Shown here: in pieces, positions 10,830 to 24,366 of the stretch | How the letters are laid out: the number at the start of each line of letters is the position of its first letter | How positions within the stretch are numbered: the first letter of the stretch is position 1 | Origin: Eledone cirrhosa | Taxonomy: Eukaryota | Reading direction: 5' to 3' | DNA: 64,000 nucleotides | Assembly: GCA_964016885.1 (NCBI GenBank) | Contig: OZ024741.1 | Location: forward strand, 17,918,001-17,982,000 | Notes under the pieces: model-generated | What the model saw: only the letters and a program-made list of their open reading frames with translations | What the model was told of the DNA's origin: nothing | Databases searched by the model: none | Program-made: the position numbers and the translations under genes

Positions 10830-13800
10830 TGGTTGTCGTGGTAGTAGCAGGGGTGGCGGTGTTGGTGTTGGAGGTAGTAGCAGGGGTGGTTGTGTTGGTG
10901 TTGAAGGTAGCAGCAGGGGTGGTGGTGTTCGTGGTGTTCGTGTTGGAGGTAGTAGCAGGGGTGGTGGTGTTGGGGTTGGAGGTAGCAGCAGGGGTGGTGG
11001 TGTTGGTGTTGAAGGTAGCAGCAGGGGTGGTGGTGTTGGAGATAGTAGCAGGGGCGGTGGGGTTGGTGTTGGAGGTAGTAGCAGGGGTGGTGGTGGTGGT
11101 GTTGGAGGTAGTAGCAGGGGTGGTGGTGTTGGAGATAGTAGCAGGGGTGGTTGTGTTGGTGTTGAAGGTAGCAGCAGGGGTGGTGGTGTTGGTGTTGGAG
11201 GTAGTAGCAGGGGTGGTGGTGTTGGGGTTGGAGGTAGCAGCAGGGGTGGTGGGGTTGGTGTTGGAGGAAGTAGCAGGGGTGGTGGTGTTGGTGTTGGAGG
11301 TAGTAGCAGGGGTGGTGGTGTTGGGGTTGGAGGTAGCAGCAGGGGTGGTGGGGTTGGTGTTGGAGGAAGTAGCAGGGGTGGTGGGGTTGGTGTTGGAGGT
11401 AGTAGCAGGGGTGGTGGTGTTGGGGTTGGAGGTAGCAGCAGGGGTGGCGGGGTTGGTGTTGGAGGTAGTAGCAGGGGTGGTGGTGGTGGTGTTGGAGGTA
11501 GTAGCAGGGGTGGTGGTGGTGGTGTTGGAGGTAGTAGCAGGGGTGGTGATGATGGTGTTGGAGGTAGTAGCAGGGGTGGTGGTGTTGGTGTTGGAGGTAG
11601 TAGCAGGGGTGGTGGTGTTGGGGTTGGAGGTAGCAGTAGGGGTGGTGGGGTTGGTGTTGGAGGTAGTAGCAGGGGTGGTGGTGGTGGTGTTGGAGGTAGT
11701 AGCAGGGGTGGTGGTGTTGGTGTTGGAGGTAGTAGCAGGGGTGGTGGTGTTGGAGATAGTAGCAGGGGTGGTGGGGTTGGTGTTGGAGGTAGTAGCAGGG
11801 GTGGTGGTGGTGGTGTTGGAGGTAGTAGCAGGGGTGGTGGTGTTGGAGATAGTAGCAGGGGTGGTTGTGTTGGTGTTGAAGGTAGCAGCAGGGGTGGTGG
11901 GGTTGGTGTTGGAGGTAGTAGCAGGGGTGGTGGTGTTGGGGTTGGAGGTAGCAGCAGGGGTGGTGGTGTTGGTGTTGGAGGTAGTAGCAGGGGTGGTGGT
12001 GTTGGTGTTGGAGGTAGTAGCAGGGGTGGTGGTGGTGGTGTTGGAGGTAGTAGCAGGGGTGGTGGTGTTGGGGTTGGAGGTAGCAGCAGGGGTGGTGGTG
12101 GTGGTGTTGGAGGTAGTAGCAGGGGTGGTGGTGTTGGGGTTGGAGGTAGTAGCAGGGGTGGTGGTGTTGGTGTTGGAGGTAGTAGCAGGGGTGGTGGGGT
12201 TGGTGTTGGAGGTAGTAGCAGGGGTGGTGGTGTTGGTGTTGGAGGTAGTAGCAGGGGTGGTGGGGTTGGTGTTGGAGGTAGTAGCAGGGGTGGTGGTGGT
12301 GGTGTTGGAGGTAGTAGCAGGGGTGGTGGTGGTGGTGTTGGAGGTAGTAGCAGGGGTGGTGGTGTTGGTGTTGGAGGTAGTAGCAGGGGTGGTGGTGTTG
12401 GGGTTGGAGGTAGCAGCAAGGGTGGTGGTGGTGGTGTTGGAGGTAGTAGCAGGGGTGGGGGGGGGGGGTAATAGCAGGGGTGGTGGTGTTGGGGTTGGTG
12501 GTAGTAGCAGGGGTGGTGGTGTTGGTGTTGGAGGTAGTAGCAGGGGTGGTGGGGTTGGTGTTGGAGGTAGTAGCAGGGGTGGTGGTGTTGGTGTTGGAGG
12601 TAGTAGCAGGGGTGGTGGGGTTGGTGTTGGAGGTAGTAGCAGGGGTGGTGGTGGTGGTGTTGGAGGTAGTAGCAGGGGTGGTGGTGAAGGTGTTGAAGGT
12701 AGCAGCAGGGGTGGTGGTGTTGGTGTTGGAGGTAGTAGCAGGGGTGGTGGGGTTGGTGTTGGAGGTAGTAGCAGGGGTGGTGATGTTGGTGTTGGAGGTA
12801 GTAGCAGGGGTGGTGGGGTTGGTGTTGGAGGTAGTAGCAGGGGTGGTGGTGTTGGTCTTGGAGGTAGTAGCAGGGATGGTGGTGATGGTGTTGGAGGTAG
12901 TAGCAGGGTTGGTGGTGTTGGTGTTGGAGGTAGTAGCAGGGGTGGTGGTGGTGGTGTTGGAGGTAGTAGCAGGGGTGGTGGTGTTGGGGTTGGAGGTAGC
13001 AGCAGGGGTGGTGGGGTTGGTGTTGGAGGTAGTAGCAGGGGTGGTGGTGGTGGTGTTGGAGGTAGTAGCAGGGGTGTTGGTGGTGGTGTTGGAGGTAGTA
13101 GCAGGGGTGGTGGTGTTGGGGTTGGAGGTAGTAGCAGGGGTGGTGGTGGTGGTGTTGAAGGTAGTAGCAGGGGTGGTGGTGGTGGTGTTGGAGGTAGTAG
13201 CAGAGGTGGTGGTGGTGGTGTTGGAGGTAGTAGCAGGGGTGGTGGGGTTGGGGTTGGAGGTAGTAGCAGGGGTGGTGGTGGTGGTGTTGGAGGTAGTAGC
13301 AGGGGTGGTGGTGTTGGTGTTGGAGGTAGTAGCAGGGGTGGTGGTGTTGGGGTTGGAGGTAGCAGCAGGGGTGGTGGTGGTGGTGTTGGAGGTAGTAGCA
13401 GGGGTGGTGGTGGTGGTGTGGAGGTAGTAGCAGGGGTGGTGGTGTTGGGGTTGGAGGTAGCAGCAGGGGTGGTGGGGTTGGTGTTGGAGGTAGTAGCAGG
13501 GGTGGTGGTTTTGGTGTTGGAGGTAGTAGCAGGGGTGGTGGTGTTGGTGTTGGAGGTAGTAGCAGGGTTGGTGGTGTTGGTGTTGGAGGTAGTAGCAGGG
13601 GTGGTGGTGTTGGGGTTGGAGGTAGTAGCAGGGGTGGTGGTGGTGGTGTTGGAGGTAGTAGCAGGGGTGGTGGTGTTGGTGTTGGAGGTAGTAGCAGGGG
13701 TGGTGGTGTTGGGGTTGGAGGTAGTAGCAGGGGTGGTGGTGTTGGGGTTGGAGGTAGTAGCAGGGGTGGTGGTGGTGGTGTTGGAGGTAGTAGCACGGGT

Positions 13801-16506
13801 GGTGGTGGTGGTGTTGGAGGTAGTAGCAGGGGTGGTGGTGTTGGGGTTGGAGGTAGTAGCAGGGGTGGTGGTGGTGGTGTTGGAGGTAGTAGCAGGGGTG
13901 GTGGTGGTGGTGTTGGAGGTAGTAGCAGGGGTGGTGGTGGTGGTGTTGGAGGTAGTAACAGGGGTGGTGGTGTTGGGGTTGGAGGTAGTAGCAGGGGTGG
14001 TGGTGTTGGAGGTAGTAGCAGGGGTGGTGGTGGTGGTGTTGGAGGTAGTAGCATTTGTGGTGGTGTTGGGGTTGGAGGTAGTAGCAGGGGTGGTGGTGGT
14101 GGTGTTGGAGGTAGTAGCAGGGGTGGTGGTGTTGGGGTTGGAGGTAGTAGCAGGGGTGGTGGTGGTGGTGTTGAAGGTAGTAGCAGGGGTGGTGGTGTTG
14201 GAGGTAGTAGCAGGGGTGGTGGTGGTGGTGTTGGAGGTAGTAGCAGGGTGGTGGTGGTGGTGTTGGAGGTAGTAGCAGGGGTGGTGGTGGTGGTGTTGGA
14301 GGTAGTAGCAGGGGTGGTGGTGTTGGGGTTGGAGGTAGCAGCAGGGGTGGTGGTGGTGGTGTTGGAGGTAGTAGCAGGGGTGGTGGTGTTGGGGTTGGAG
14401 GTAGTAGTAGGGGTGGTGGTGGTGGTGTTGGAGGTAGTAGCAGGGGTGGTGGTGGTGGTGTTGGAGGTAGTAGCAGGGGTGGTGGTGTTGGGGTTGGAGG
14501 TAGCAGCAGGGGTGGTGGGGTTGGGGTTGGAGGTAGTAGCAGGGGTGGTGGTGGTGGTGTTGAAGGTAGTAGCAGAGGTGGTGGTGGTGGTGTTGGAGGT
14601 AGTAGCAGGGGTGGTGGTGTTGGGGTTGAAGGTAGCAGCAGGGGTGGTGGTGTTGAGGTTGGAGGTAGCAGCAGGGGTGGTGGGGTTGGTGTTGGAGGTA
14701 GTAGCAGAGGTGGTGGTGTTGGGGTTGGAGGTAGCAGCAGGGGTGGTGGTGTTGGGGTTGGAGGTAGCAGCAGGGGTGGTGGTGTTGGGGTTGGAGGTAG
14801 CAGCAGGGGTGGTGGTGTTGGGGTTGGAGGTAGTAGCAGGGGTGATGGTGGTGGGAATGGAGGTAGTAGCAGGGGTGTTGGTGGTGGTGTTGGAGGTAGT
14901 AGCAGGGGTGGTGGTGTTTGGGTTGGAGGTAGTAGCAGGGGTGGTGGTGGTGGTGTTGAAGGTAGTAGCAGGGGTGGTGGTGGTGGTGTTGGAGGTAGTA
15001 GCAGGGGTGGTGGTGGTGGTGTTGGAGGTAGTAGCAGGGGTGGTGGGGTTGGGGTTGGAGGTAGTAGCAGGGGTGGTGGTGTTGGTGTTGGAGGTAGTAG
15101 CAGGGGTGGTGGTGTTGGTGTTGGAGGTAGTAGCAGGGGTGGTGGTGTTGGGGTTGGAGGTAGCAGCAGGGGTGGTGGTGGTGGTGTTGGAGGTAGTAGC
15201 AGGGGTGGTGGTGGTGGTGTGGAGGTAGTAGCAGGGGTGGTGGTGTTGGGGTTGGAGGTAGCAGCAGGGGTGGTGGGGTTGGTGTTGGAGGTAGTAGCAG
15301 GGGTGGTGGTTTTGGTGTTGGAGGTAGTAGCAGGGGTGGTGCTGGTGGTGTTGGAGGTAGTAGCAGGGGTGGTGGTGTTGGTGTTGGAGGTAGTAGCAGG
15401 GTTGGTGGTGTTGGTGTTGGAGGTAGTAGCAGGGGTGGTGGTTTTGGGGTTGGAGGTAGTAGCAGGGGTGGTGGTGGTGGTGTTGGAGGTAGTAGCAGGG
15501 GTGGTGGTGGTGGTGTTGGAGGTAGTAGCAGGGGTGGTGGTGTTGGGGTTGGAGGTAGTAGCAGGGGTGGTGGTGGTGGTGTTGGAGGTAGTAGCAGGGG
15601 TGGTGGTGGTGGTGTTGGAGGTAGTAGCAGGGGTGGTGGTGGTGGTGTTGGAGGTAGTAACAGGGGTGGTGGTGTTGGGGTTGGAGGTAGTAGCAGGGGT
15701 GGTGGTGTTGGTGTTGGAGGTAGTAGCAGGGGTGGTGGGGTTGGTGTTGGAGGTAGTAGCAGGGGTGGTGGTGTTGGGGTTGGAGGTAGTAGCAGGGTGG
15801 TGGTGTTGGAGGTAGTAGCAGGGGTGGTGGTGGTGGTGTTGAAGGTAGTAGCAGGGGTGGTGGTGGTGTTGGAGGTAGTAGCAGGGGTGGTGGGGTTGGG
15901 GTTGGAGGTAGCCGCAGGGGTGGTGGTGTTGGGGTTGGAGGTAGCAGCAGGGGTGGTGGTGTTGGTGTTGGAGGTAGTAGCAGGGGTGGTGGTGTTGGTG
16001 TTGGAGGTAGTAGCAGGGGTGGTGGTGGTGGTGTTGGAGGTAGTAGCAGGGGTGGTGGTGTTGGGGTTGGAGGTAGTAGCAGGGGTGGTGGTGGTGGTGT
16101 TGGAGGTAGTAGCAGGGGTGGGGTTGGTGTTGGAGGTAGTAGCAGGGGTGGTGGTGGTGGTGTTGGAGGTAGTAGCAGGGGTGGTGGTGGTGGTGTTGGA
16201 GGTAGTAGCAGGGGTGGTGGTGCTGGTGTTGGAGGTAGTAGCAGGGGTGGTGGTGTTGGGGTTGGAGGTAGTAGCAGGGGTGGTGGTGGTGGTGGTGGTG
16301 TTGGAGGTAGTAGCAGGGGTGGTGGTGGTGGTGTTGGAGGTAGTGGCAGGGGTGGTGGGGTTGGTGTTGGAGGTAGTAGCAGGGGTGGTGGTGGTGGTGT
16401 TGGAGGTAGCAGCAGGGGTGGTGGTGATGGTGTTGGAGGTAGTAGCAGGGGTGGTGGTGTTGGAGGTAGTAGCAGGGGTGGTGGTGTTGGTGTTGGAGGT
16501 AGCAGT
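10830..16506. repeat. 33-bp G-rich minisatellite, about 170 units
   Basis: Unit TTGGAGGTAGTAGCAGGGGTGGTGGTGTTGGTG, with occasional 27-bp variants. Confidence 0.97.
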
Positions 16507-16620
16507 AGTGTCGGTACCTACCTGTCTAACACCAATCTACTTATCTACCTGACTGTGTATCCATAACTACTTTATTTTAACACACATGTGTATATATGTT
16601 TACATACATATGTACGTGTA

Positions 16621-16680
<60 letters not shown>

Positions 16681-16705
16681 TACACACATATATATATACA
16701 CACAT

Positions 16706-16834
16706 GTGAATGTCTTCATTTATTAATATTTTCAATAATATTAATAACTCCAGAAAACTTTATTGTTGAGTGCTTTTAATCTATTGTAAAACTATATTCA
16801 TGAATAATCATTGAACCTTGTGTAACGTTTGGTT
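16706..16834 (+). mobile_element. PLE 3'-terminal fragment
   Basis: Homologous to the reverse complement of 7441-7552; hairpin at 16747-16771; ends in (TA)n. Confidence 0.6.
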
Positions 16835-16852
16835 ATATATATATATATCATC

Positions 16853-16900
<48 letters not shown>

Positions 16901-16919
16901 CATATATATATATAAATAT

Positions 16920-17055
<136 letters not shown>

Positions 17056-17167
17056 TTGAAATAAAATGAAAACGAAATTTCATTTCTCACTCTTAGTACG
17101 GCACTTACTTAAATGTAAGTATGTATGTATACGTATATACATATATGTATACAGACGTACAGTAGCA

Positions 17168-17211
<44 letters not shown>

Positions 17212-17361
17212 CAGGTACACATACATATATGTACGTATCAGTTTAGCGAACGCTTATTATAACGCCGCTTTGTTCGTTTGTAAACAAACTGAACAGCCTG
17301 AATTTATGCCATACGGTGTTAAGGCAACCACGTCACCTTTTTGTTCAACACTGACACAGGA

Positions 17362-17404
17362 ACGATGTACTAGTTTCAAGCTTGTTAGCTATCATCAGCA
17401 CCGT
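17362..17404 (-). ncRNA. Minimal type I hammerhead ribozyme
   Basis: acggtg-CTGATGA-tagc(taacaa)gctt-GAAAC-ta-GTA-catcgt. Confidence 0.8.
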
Positions 17405-17640
17405 ATACCCACCTGCCAGATAGTTGAACGTTCGAAAGTATATACTTTCCTTATGAAAATTAACGGCTGAGCAGCCTAATTTGCATATCGAGTGAGCGAA
17501 GTCGGTCAGGCATACCGAAAACGATAAGCTGAAATAAAATGAAAACGAAATTTCATTTCTCACTCTTAGTACGGCACTTACTTAGATGTAAGTATGTGTG
17601 TATACGTACATACATATATGTATACAGACGTACAGTAGCA

Positions 17641-17716
<76 letters not shown>

Positions 17717-17874
17717 TACATACAGGTACACATACATATATGCACGGATCAGTTTAGCGGACGCTTATTATAACGCCGCTTTGTTAGTTTGTAAACAAAC
17801 TGAACAGCCTGAATTTTTATGCCGTACGGTGTTAAGGCAACCACGTCACCTTTTTGTTCAACACTGACACAGGA

Positions 17875-17917
17875 ACGATGTACTAGTTTCAAGCTTGTTA
17901 GCTATCATCAGCACCGT
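17875..17917 (-). ncRNA. Minimal type I hammerhead ribozyme (second unit)
   Basis: Identical to 17362-17404. Confidence 0.8.
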
Positions 17918-18110
17918 ATACCCATCTGCCAGATAGTTGAACGTTCGAAAGTATATACTTTCCTTATGAAAATTAACGGCTGAGCAGCCTAATTTGCATA
18001 TCGAGTGAGCGAAGTCGGTCAGGCATACCGAAAACGATAAGCTGAAATAAAATGAAAACGAAATTTCATTTCTCACTCTTAGTGCATATATGTATGTGTA
18101 CTTGTATGTA

Positions 18111-18194
<84 letters not shown>

Positions 18195-18244
18195 TGCTAC
18201 TGTACGTCTGTATACATATATGTATGTACGTTTACACACATACT

Positions 18245-18300
<56 letters not shown>

Positions 18301-18443
18301 AATTAAAATACTAGAGTGTGTTGGAGTTAAACACCCTCTTCGTATTATAGAAATGACAGTAAAGGTATAGCTCAATGTAATTAAACAGAGCCGAAGAATT
18401 ATGAAAATAAACCAAAGAAGCCTTCAATACATTAAAAGTCTTC

Positions 18444-18488
18444 ATTAGCCAACAATGTTTCGTCCTATTAAGGACTCATCAGGGCAAT
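18444..18488 (-). ncRNA. Hammerhead ribozyme (inverted arm)
   Basis: Reverse complement of 23794-23838. Confidence 0.85.
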
Positions 18489-19273
18489 TAAAGCTATAAG
18501 AAGCACTATCGGCCAATACAAGCCCAAAACTCAGAAGAATATGGAGTGTACATATAATAAAGTATAGGAAAATTATCGGGTAAAAATTATCAAGTAAAGA
18601 TTGCTAAGGAAGTGAATAACATTTTGAACCATATTACTAATATAGTCCAATGCTAAAACTAAAGCTAAACAAAGGTGGTGATATAGAGCGGGAATTATTG
18701 TACTATATATAATATAATATAATATAATATAATATAATATAATATAATATAATATAAAATAATATAATTGATAATGACAATAATAATAATAATATTAAAA
18801 ATAATATTAAAATGCCCAATATACATATATATATATATATACATATGTACACATATATACATATATATCAATACACATTTCCATCAATACAAGCACAAAC
18901 TAACCCTTATTAAGAGTTTAAATATAAATAAGGATAATAATAATAAGAAGAATAAAAATAAAAATAGAAATGAAAATAAAAATATAATTCATATATTATT
19001 CACAGTATAAAGTGAAGAAGAAATGATTAAAAGTAAACATATAATATATTATAATAAACTATATAATTACATAATTATATAATAGATAATCTCCAGTTAA
19101 TTTGCACAAACAATATAAATGTTACAATAATACTATAATAACAATACTTTAATATTTTAATATAATGGCATATAACTTAACAAATCATATAGAGTTACAG
19201 ACCTTGTTACTGCTCCTGATTGGTTGAGCTTCCTCCTATATACTGGTGTTTTGGCCTTTATATATCTGACAGT

Positions 19274-21936
19274 ATGCTAACAAAGAGTTACCAGCCTTTA
19301 TCTCTGAAGAATATTCCCATCTCCTCTAGAAATACTTATGAAAAGCTCTTAATTGCTAGTGTTAACTCCTTCGTAAAAAGGATAAGATGGCGTGCTTTCC
19401 ACTATGATATTAATAGGAATAGGACTGACCCCAAGCATAGAACTCATTTCAATAACTTTGGCTTCAAAACTTATAAGAGCCCACCACATAATGTTCTATT
19501 AGATAATTTTGAAAATGACTTACTTTCCCTTGTCAAAAATATTAAGTATAGGCCATATAATAGACATGGAAATTATAACTTAAAAATATTGTTAAGGGTT
19601 TTAGAGAGAATAAGTCTATTCTTGTCCCGGCTGATAAGACTAAGAATCTATACTCTATGGATTACAGTGCTTACCGTAATTTTATTTATAAGGAGCTGCA
19701 TAGAAATTATAAAAAGACTACGCAGGATAATTTGAACCGTATCAATAGTGAGGGTCTTAAGATAGTCTCGGACCTTGGCCTCGATAAGTATACCCAGCCA
19801 TATTACCCTAGGGAACCGAGATTTACTCTTAAGGATCATAAGGTAGACTTCATTAGTAATCCCTCTGTTAGACTTATCTGTCCTTCTAAGTCTGATATAG
19901 CCATAGTTAGTAAGAAAATCTTTGACCTTATTATACCAGATGTTAGGGAGAGGGTTAATTTTAACCTATGGGGGAACACAAAGGAGGTTATAGATTGGTT
20001 CTCTGGTATTGATAAACTTGAATCTAGTAGGTTTATCCAGTTCGATATTGATGCCTATTACACATCGATTTCACCCATCCTCCTTAACAAAGCCTTAATG
20101 TTGGCCATGAGAGTGTCCAGCCTTACACGATCACAGGTAGATATTATACTAGCAGCCCGTAGAACTATCATTAATTTCGAGGATACATTTTGGACCCGTA
20201 AAAACACGCCCAACAATTTCGACGTTACAATGGGTTCGAGTGATTCGGCCCAGGTAACTGATCTTGTTGGGCTGTTCCTCCTAAACGAACTATATGTTAC
20301 CTTTCCGCACCTTAAAGGCGGACTTTATCGTGACGATGCTTTGTTTGTGATTAACTCTAGCACCAACAACGTCGAGCATAATAAGAAGAAGCTTTATAAG
20401 TTTTTTAAAAGCTATAACCTTTCGATCACGATAGATAGAAATGATAGAGCGGTCAACTTTTTAGATGTGACTTTGGACTTGGCCACTAATAGTTTTAAAC
20501 CCTTCCATAAGCCTAATGAAATACTCTCTTATGTTAGTCCCAATTCTAACCACCCCAAATCTATGATAAGCTCTGTAATTAATGGTGTATCTAATAGGAT
20601 TTCCACACTCTCTAAGGACGTAGGAACATTTAATGCACATGCAGAGTACTATAATAATGCCCTAGCTAATTCCGGTTACTCTGGTAAAATACATTATAAT
20701 AATAGTAACCTTAGAAAATCTCCACTTACTTATAATAATAATAACATAATATCCCATAATATGGCCATGAATGGGAGTAGAAAGCATAAGAATCGTAGAA
20801 ATCACATAGGTGTATCTGAACCCATCCATAAGTTAAGCCACCGGACTCGTAATAGTGAGTCTAATACTTCTCGGAATCAAGTCGTGCCCTCTGAGCGCTC
20901 ACTCAGTTGTAATGCTTTTGCTAAATCTAATTCTAATAGTGTTGTTTCTACTGATCCTATTATTAGCCCTAATCCTTTTGATATACTTCCAGATAGCAGC
21001 AGATATACTAATGGTAGAAACAAAAAGAGACTTAATGGAGTTTCGGCTGATTCTAATAATGTGGTTTTAACTAGTCCTTGTAGTAACCCAAATCTTAATA
21101 AGGGGATATTAGATAACGGTAGAGTTGGTAAAGATAAAAATAGAAGGAGACTAAATACTTATTTTAACCCGCCATATAATCAGGAAGTATTAACTAACAT
21201 CCCTAGGTCTTTCTTTTCTATCTTAGAGAAAAATTTCCCTCCTACTAATAAATACCATAGTATTTTTAATAAAAATGTAATTAAACTTTCATTCTCTACC
21301 ACCCCTAATATTAGTTCTCATTTAGCTAGCACCAACAAAGGGAAAATTAGGGATGGATACTCCTCTCTACGTACTACTAGTCCGAATAGATCCATAAATA
21401 CCTTACCACCAGAGCAGACCTTATCTCATAGTAACCCTACGTGTGATGCATCACTACTTCAGCCGATCAATAGCACCCGGAAGTGTAACTGTAGAGTGAG
21501 TGCTAACTGCCCTTTAAACGGTAACTGCCTCTCTAAGAACATCGTTTATGCTTGTGTAGTTAAAACAAATTCCTCTAATAGTACATATATAGGCTCTACA
21601 TCTAACACTTTTAAGACTAGGTTTAATTCTCATATCTCTAATGTTAAACATGTTAGGTTTAAGAATTCTACTTTTTTAGCACACCATATCTGGGATCTTA
21701 AGGGGGCTAATATACCATATAGCCTTAATTGGCGAATAGTAGCACGCTCTAATAACCTTTCAACACATACTAAATTTTGTAATCTCTGTATCCTTGAGAC
21801 CCACTCTATAATTTTCTCTAGGGAAACCTTACTTAATAGAAAGTCTGAGATATTCTCTTCTTGCCCCCACGCCATTTCAAATTCTTACTTTTATTATAAA
21901 CCTAAAGGTTCTAGTAGTGTAAATTGTATCCATTAG
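19274..21936 (+). CDS. PLE polyprotein: reverse transcriptase plus C-terminal GIY-YIG endonuclease; one frameshift near 19585
   Basis: SLKNIP, VPADKT, QFDIDAYY, VTMGS, GLYRDD, FLDV, FNPPY, CNC..CPLNGNC, IVY..YIG, RFNSH, HIW, CNLC..E. Confidence 0.9.
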
Positions 21937-23793
21937 CTGCCATATTCCCTTATCTTTTTAGTTTAGGTTCATTTTGTTTACCACCATCATTATCATTATT
22001 ATTATTATTGGTTTTTAACAGCTTTTCATTCTAGTTTTCATAGTCCTTTGGCTACCATACCATATCTATATTATATTTTCACTATTAACACCTTATGAGT
22101 TTATATCTGATTATATATATTTTATATTATTTTATTTTATTTTATTTGGATTCTTCTTTGGATAATTAATCACCCCCCACACACACACACACTTGTCATT
22201 CGCCCCTTCAAATAAACTATAATTATATTCAATTCCCTTTTATACCCCTTTCTATTGTATAATACAGTATATTGATTATGATTTTATGCTCCTTCGTACC
22301 CTCCATACATTTCTTTTTTCTGTCCCCATTGGCCTACCATAATTATACTTAAAGTCCGTTTATTAGATAACGTTATTCAACTGATAGTAGAATATTTCAT
22401 TCTTTTCACATATTTTTATAGCGATATCTTAAGCTTTGGAGTTTTTGATTACTTAAACCATAGCTAATTTTGTATTGACTTATTATGTATTTTAAATACT
22501 TTCAATATTAATTAATTTAATAGGGTTTTCTAGTCATTTATCCGGGTTTGTTTCCTAAATTTCTAGTCATTTATCCGGTTTGTTTCCTAAATTTTTTACT
22601 TAACTGCATGTGACACCTAAGTAGATACTTTTGTTTTTGTTTTTCGATTTCCGGTTGATTTTATTTATATATTTATACTACCGTGCGTAGTTTTCTGTCT
22701 GGTTCTTATTCACTTATTCATAAATGTCTGTCCACCAACCACGTAATTATGTATATTATACTATGTTCAATACTTTATTTTGAAATTTTTATATCATTCC
22801 ACTCTTTGTAAACGTACTACTGATCTTTATTATTTACCGATTATTAAATGTACCATTATGTTATGTTAAATTTTGTAAATTCTGTAATATGTTTATATTT
22901 TTATAACTTTTGTAATGTTTGGATAATATTTATTTACACCAATTGTAGAGAAATGTGACCTCCATCTGTTTTCTTGCAATGGTTTCGATATTTTTCCAAC
23001 ATAATTTTTCCAACATAATTTAGTTCTGTACAATATTTTTTCTCACCCGGTCTGTAACTCTATATGATTTGTTAAGTTATATGGCATTATATTAAAATAT
23101 TAAAATATTGTTATTATAGTATTATTGTAACATTTATATTGTTTGTGAAAATTAACCGGAGATTATCTATTATATAATTATGTAATTATATAGTTTATTA
23201 TAATATATTATATGTTTACTTTTAATCATTTCTTCTTCACTTTATACTGTGAATAATATATGAATTATATTTTTATTTTCATTTCTATTTTTATTTTTAT
23301 TCTTCTTATTATTATTATCCTTATTTATATTTAAACTCTTAATAAGGGTTAGTTTGTGCTTGTATTGATGGAAATGTGTATTGATATATATGTATATATG
23401 TGTACATATGTATATATATATATATATGTATATTGGGCATTTTAATATTATTTTTAATATTATTATTATTATTGTCATTATCAATTATATTATTTTATAT
23501 TATATTATATTATATTATATTATATTATATTATATTATATTATATTATATTATATTATATTATATTATATTATATATAGTACAATAATTCCCGCTCTATA
23601 TCACCACCTTTGTTTAGCTTTAGTTTTAGCATTGGACTATATTAGTAATATGGTTCAAAATGTTATTCACTTCCTTAGCAATCTTTACTTGATAATTTTT
23701 ACCCGATAATTTTCCTATACTTTATTGTATGTACACTCCATATTCTTCTGAGTTTTTGGCTTGTATTGGCCGATAGTTCTTCTTATAGCTTTA

Positions 23794-23838
23794 ATTGCCC
23801 TGATGAGTCCTTAATAGGACGAAACATTGTTGGCTAAT
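23794..23838 (+). ncRNA. Hammerhead ribozyme in PLE 3' pLTR
   Basis: attgcc-CTGATGA-gtcct(taat)aggac-GAAAC-att-GTT-ggctaat; canonical core. Confidence 0.87.
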
Positions 23839-23950
23839 GAAGACTTTTGATGTATTGAAAGCTTCTTTGGTTTATTTTCATAATATATATATATATATAT
23901 ATACATATATATATCGGGTGAACGTGCAGTAACTCCAAGTTACACTCCCT

Positions 23951-24002
<52 letters not shown>

Positions 24003-24053
24003 CACTGTTTTATTAGAGGGTTACAACTAAGCACACACACAAATACATATATA

Positions 24054-24366
24054 TTCTTTAGTAAGGATAAGTTGAGTCTTGTTACAGTGTGTGTATGATA
24101 TTCTCTTTCTCTTAAATTCGAGTATATATTTTTGACCGGCCACCTTCCTGGCGGCAAGGTTGTAAAAGAAAAGAAATTGTCATCCCTTGAATCGCAAGAA
24201 TGTTTTGCAAATTTTGAAGGTGCCAGCTATCGCAGCCATTTGTAGACTATGAATTAGGGAGCTGCGCTTTTTGTCCGCAAATCCAAGTTCAGTCATACTT
24301 TGGTCCAAGCGGGTTGGTATATAACCCGTAGCACCAATAATGATGGGTATGAAGCTAAAGGTGTAT
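24054..24366 (-). mobile_element. R4/Dong-clade 3' fragment (not in ORF track)
   Basis: 24365-24180 translates YTFSFIPIIIGATGYIP...LGF...LQMAAIAGTFKICKTFLRFKG*, homologous to the C-terminus of ORF 24710-25597. Confidence 0.8.

Larger units (their letters stand above)
18298..23884 (+). mobile_element. Apparently full-length Penelope-like element (Naiad-type) with inverted pLTR arms
   Basis: RT plus GIY-YIG ORF. Arms 18398-19203 and 23049-23884 are reverse complements. 18298-18397 is an extension present on one arm only. (TA)n flanks. Confidence 0.92.

Noticed and set aside
8563-16552. Long poly-Val, Pro-rich and His-rich ORFs
   Set aside because: They are translations of 3-bp and 33-bp repeats; frames shift freely and there is no unique coding sequence.
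19575-19592. Programmed -1 frameshift in the PLE ORF
   Set aside because: C-TTA-AAA is not a canonical slippery heptamer, and PLEs normally have a single ORF.
23915-23952. 38-bp island between (TA)n tracts with a small hairpin and CTAG
   Set aside because: Too short to distinguish a Helitron end from a LINE 3' stub.
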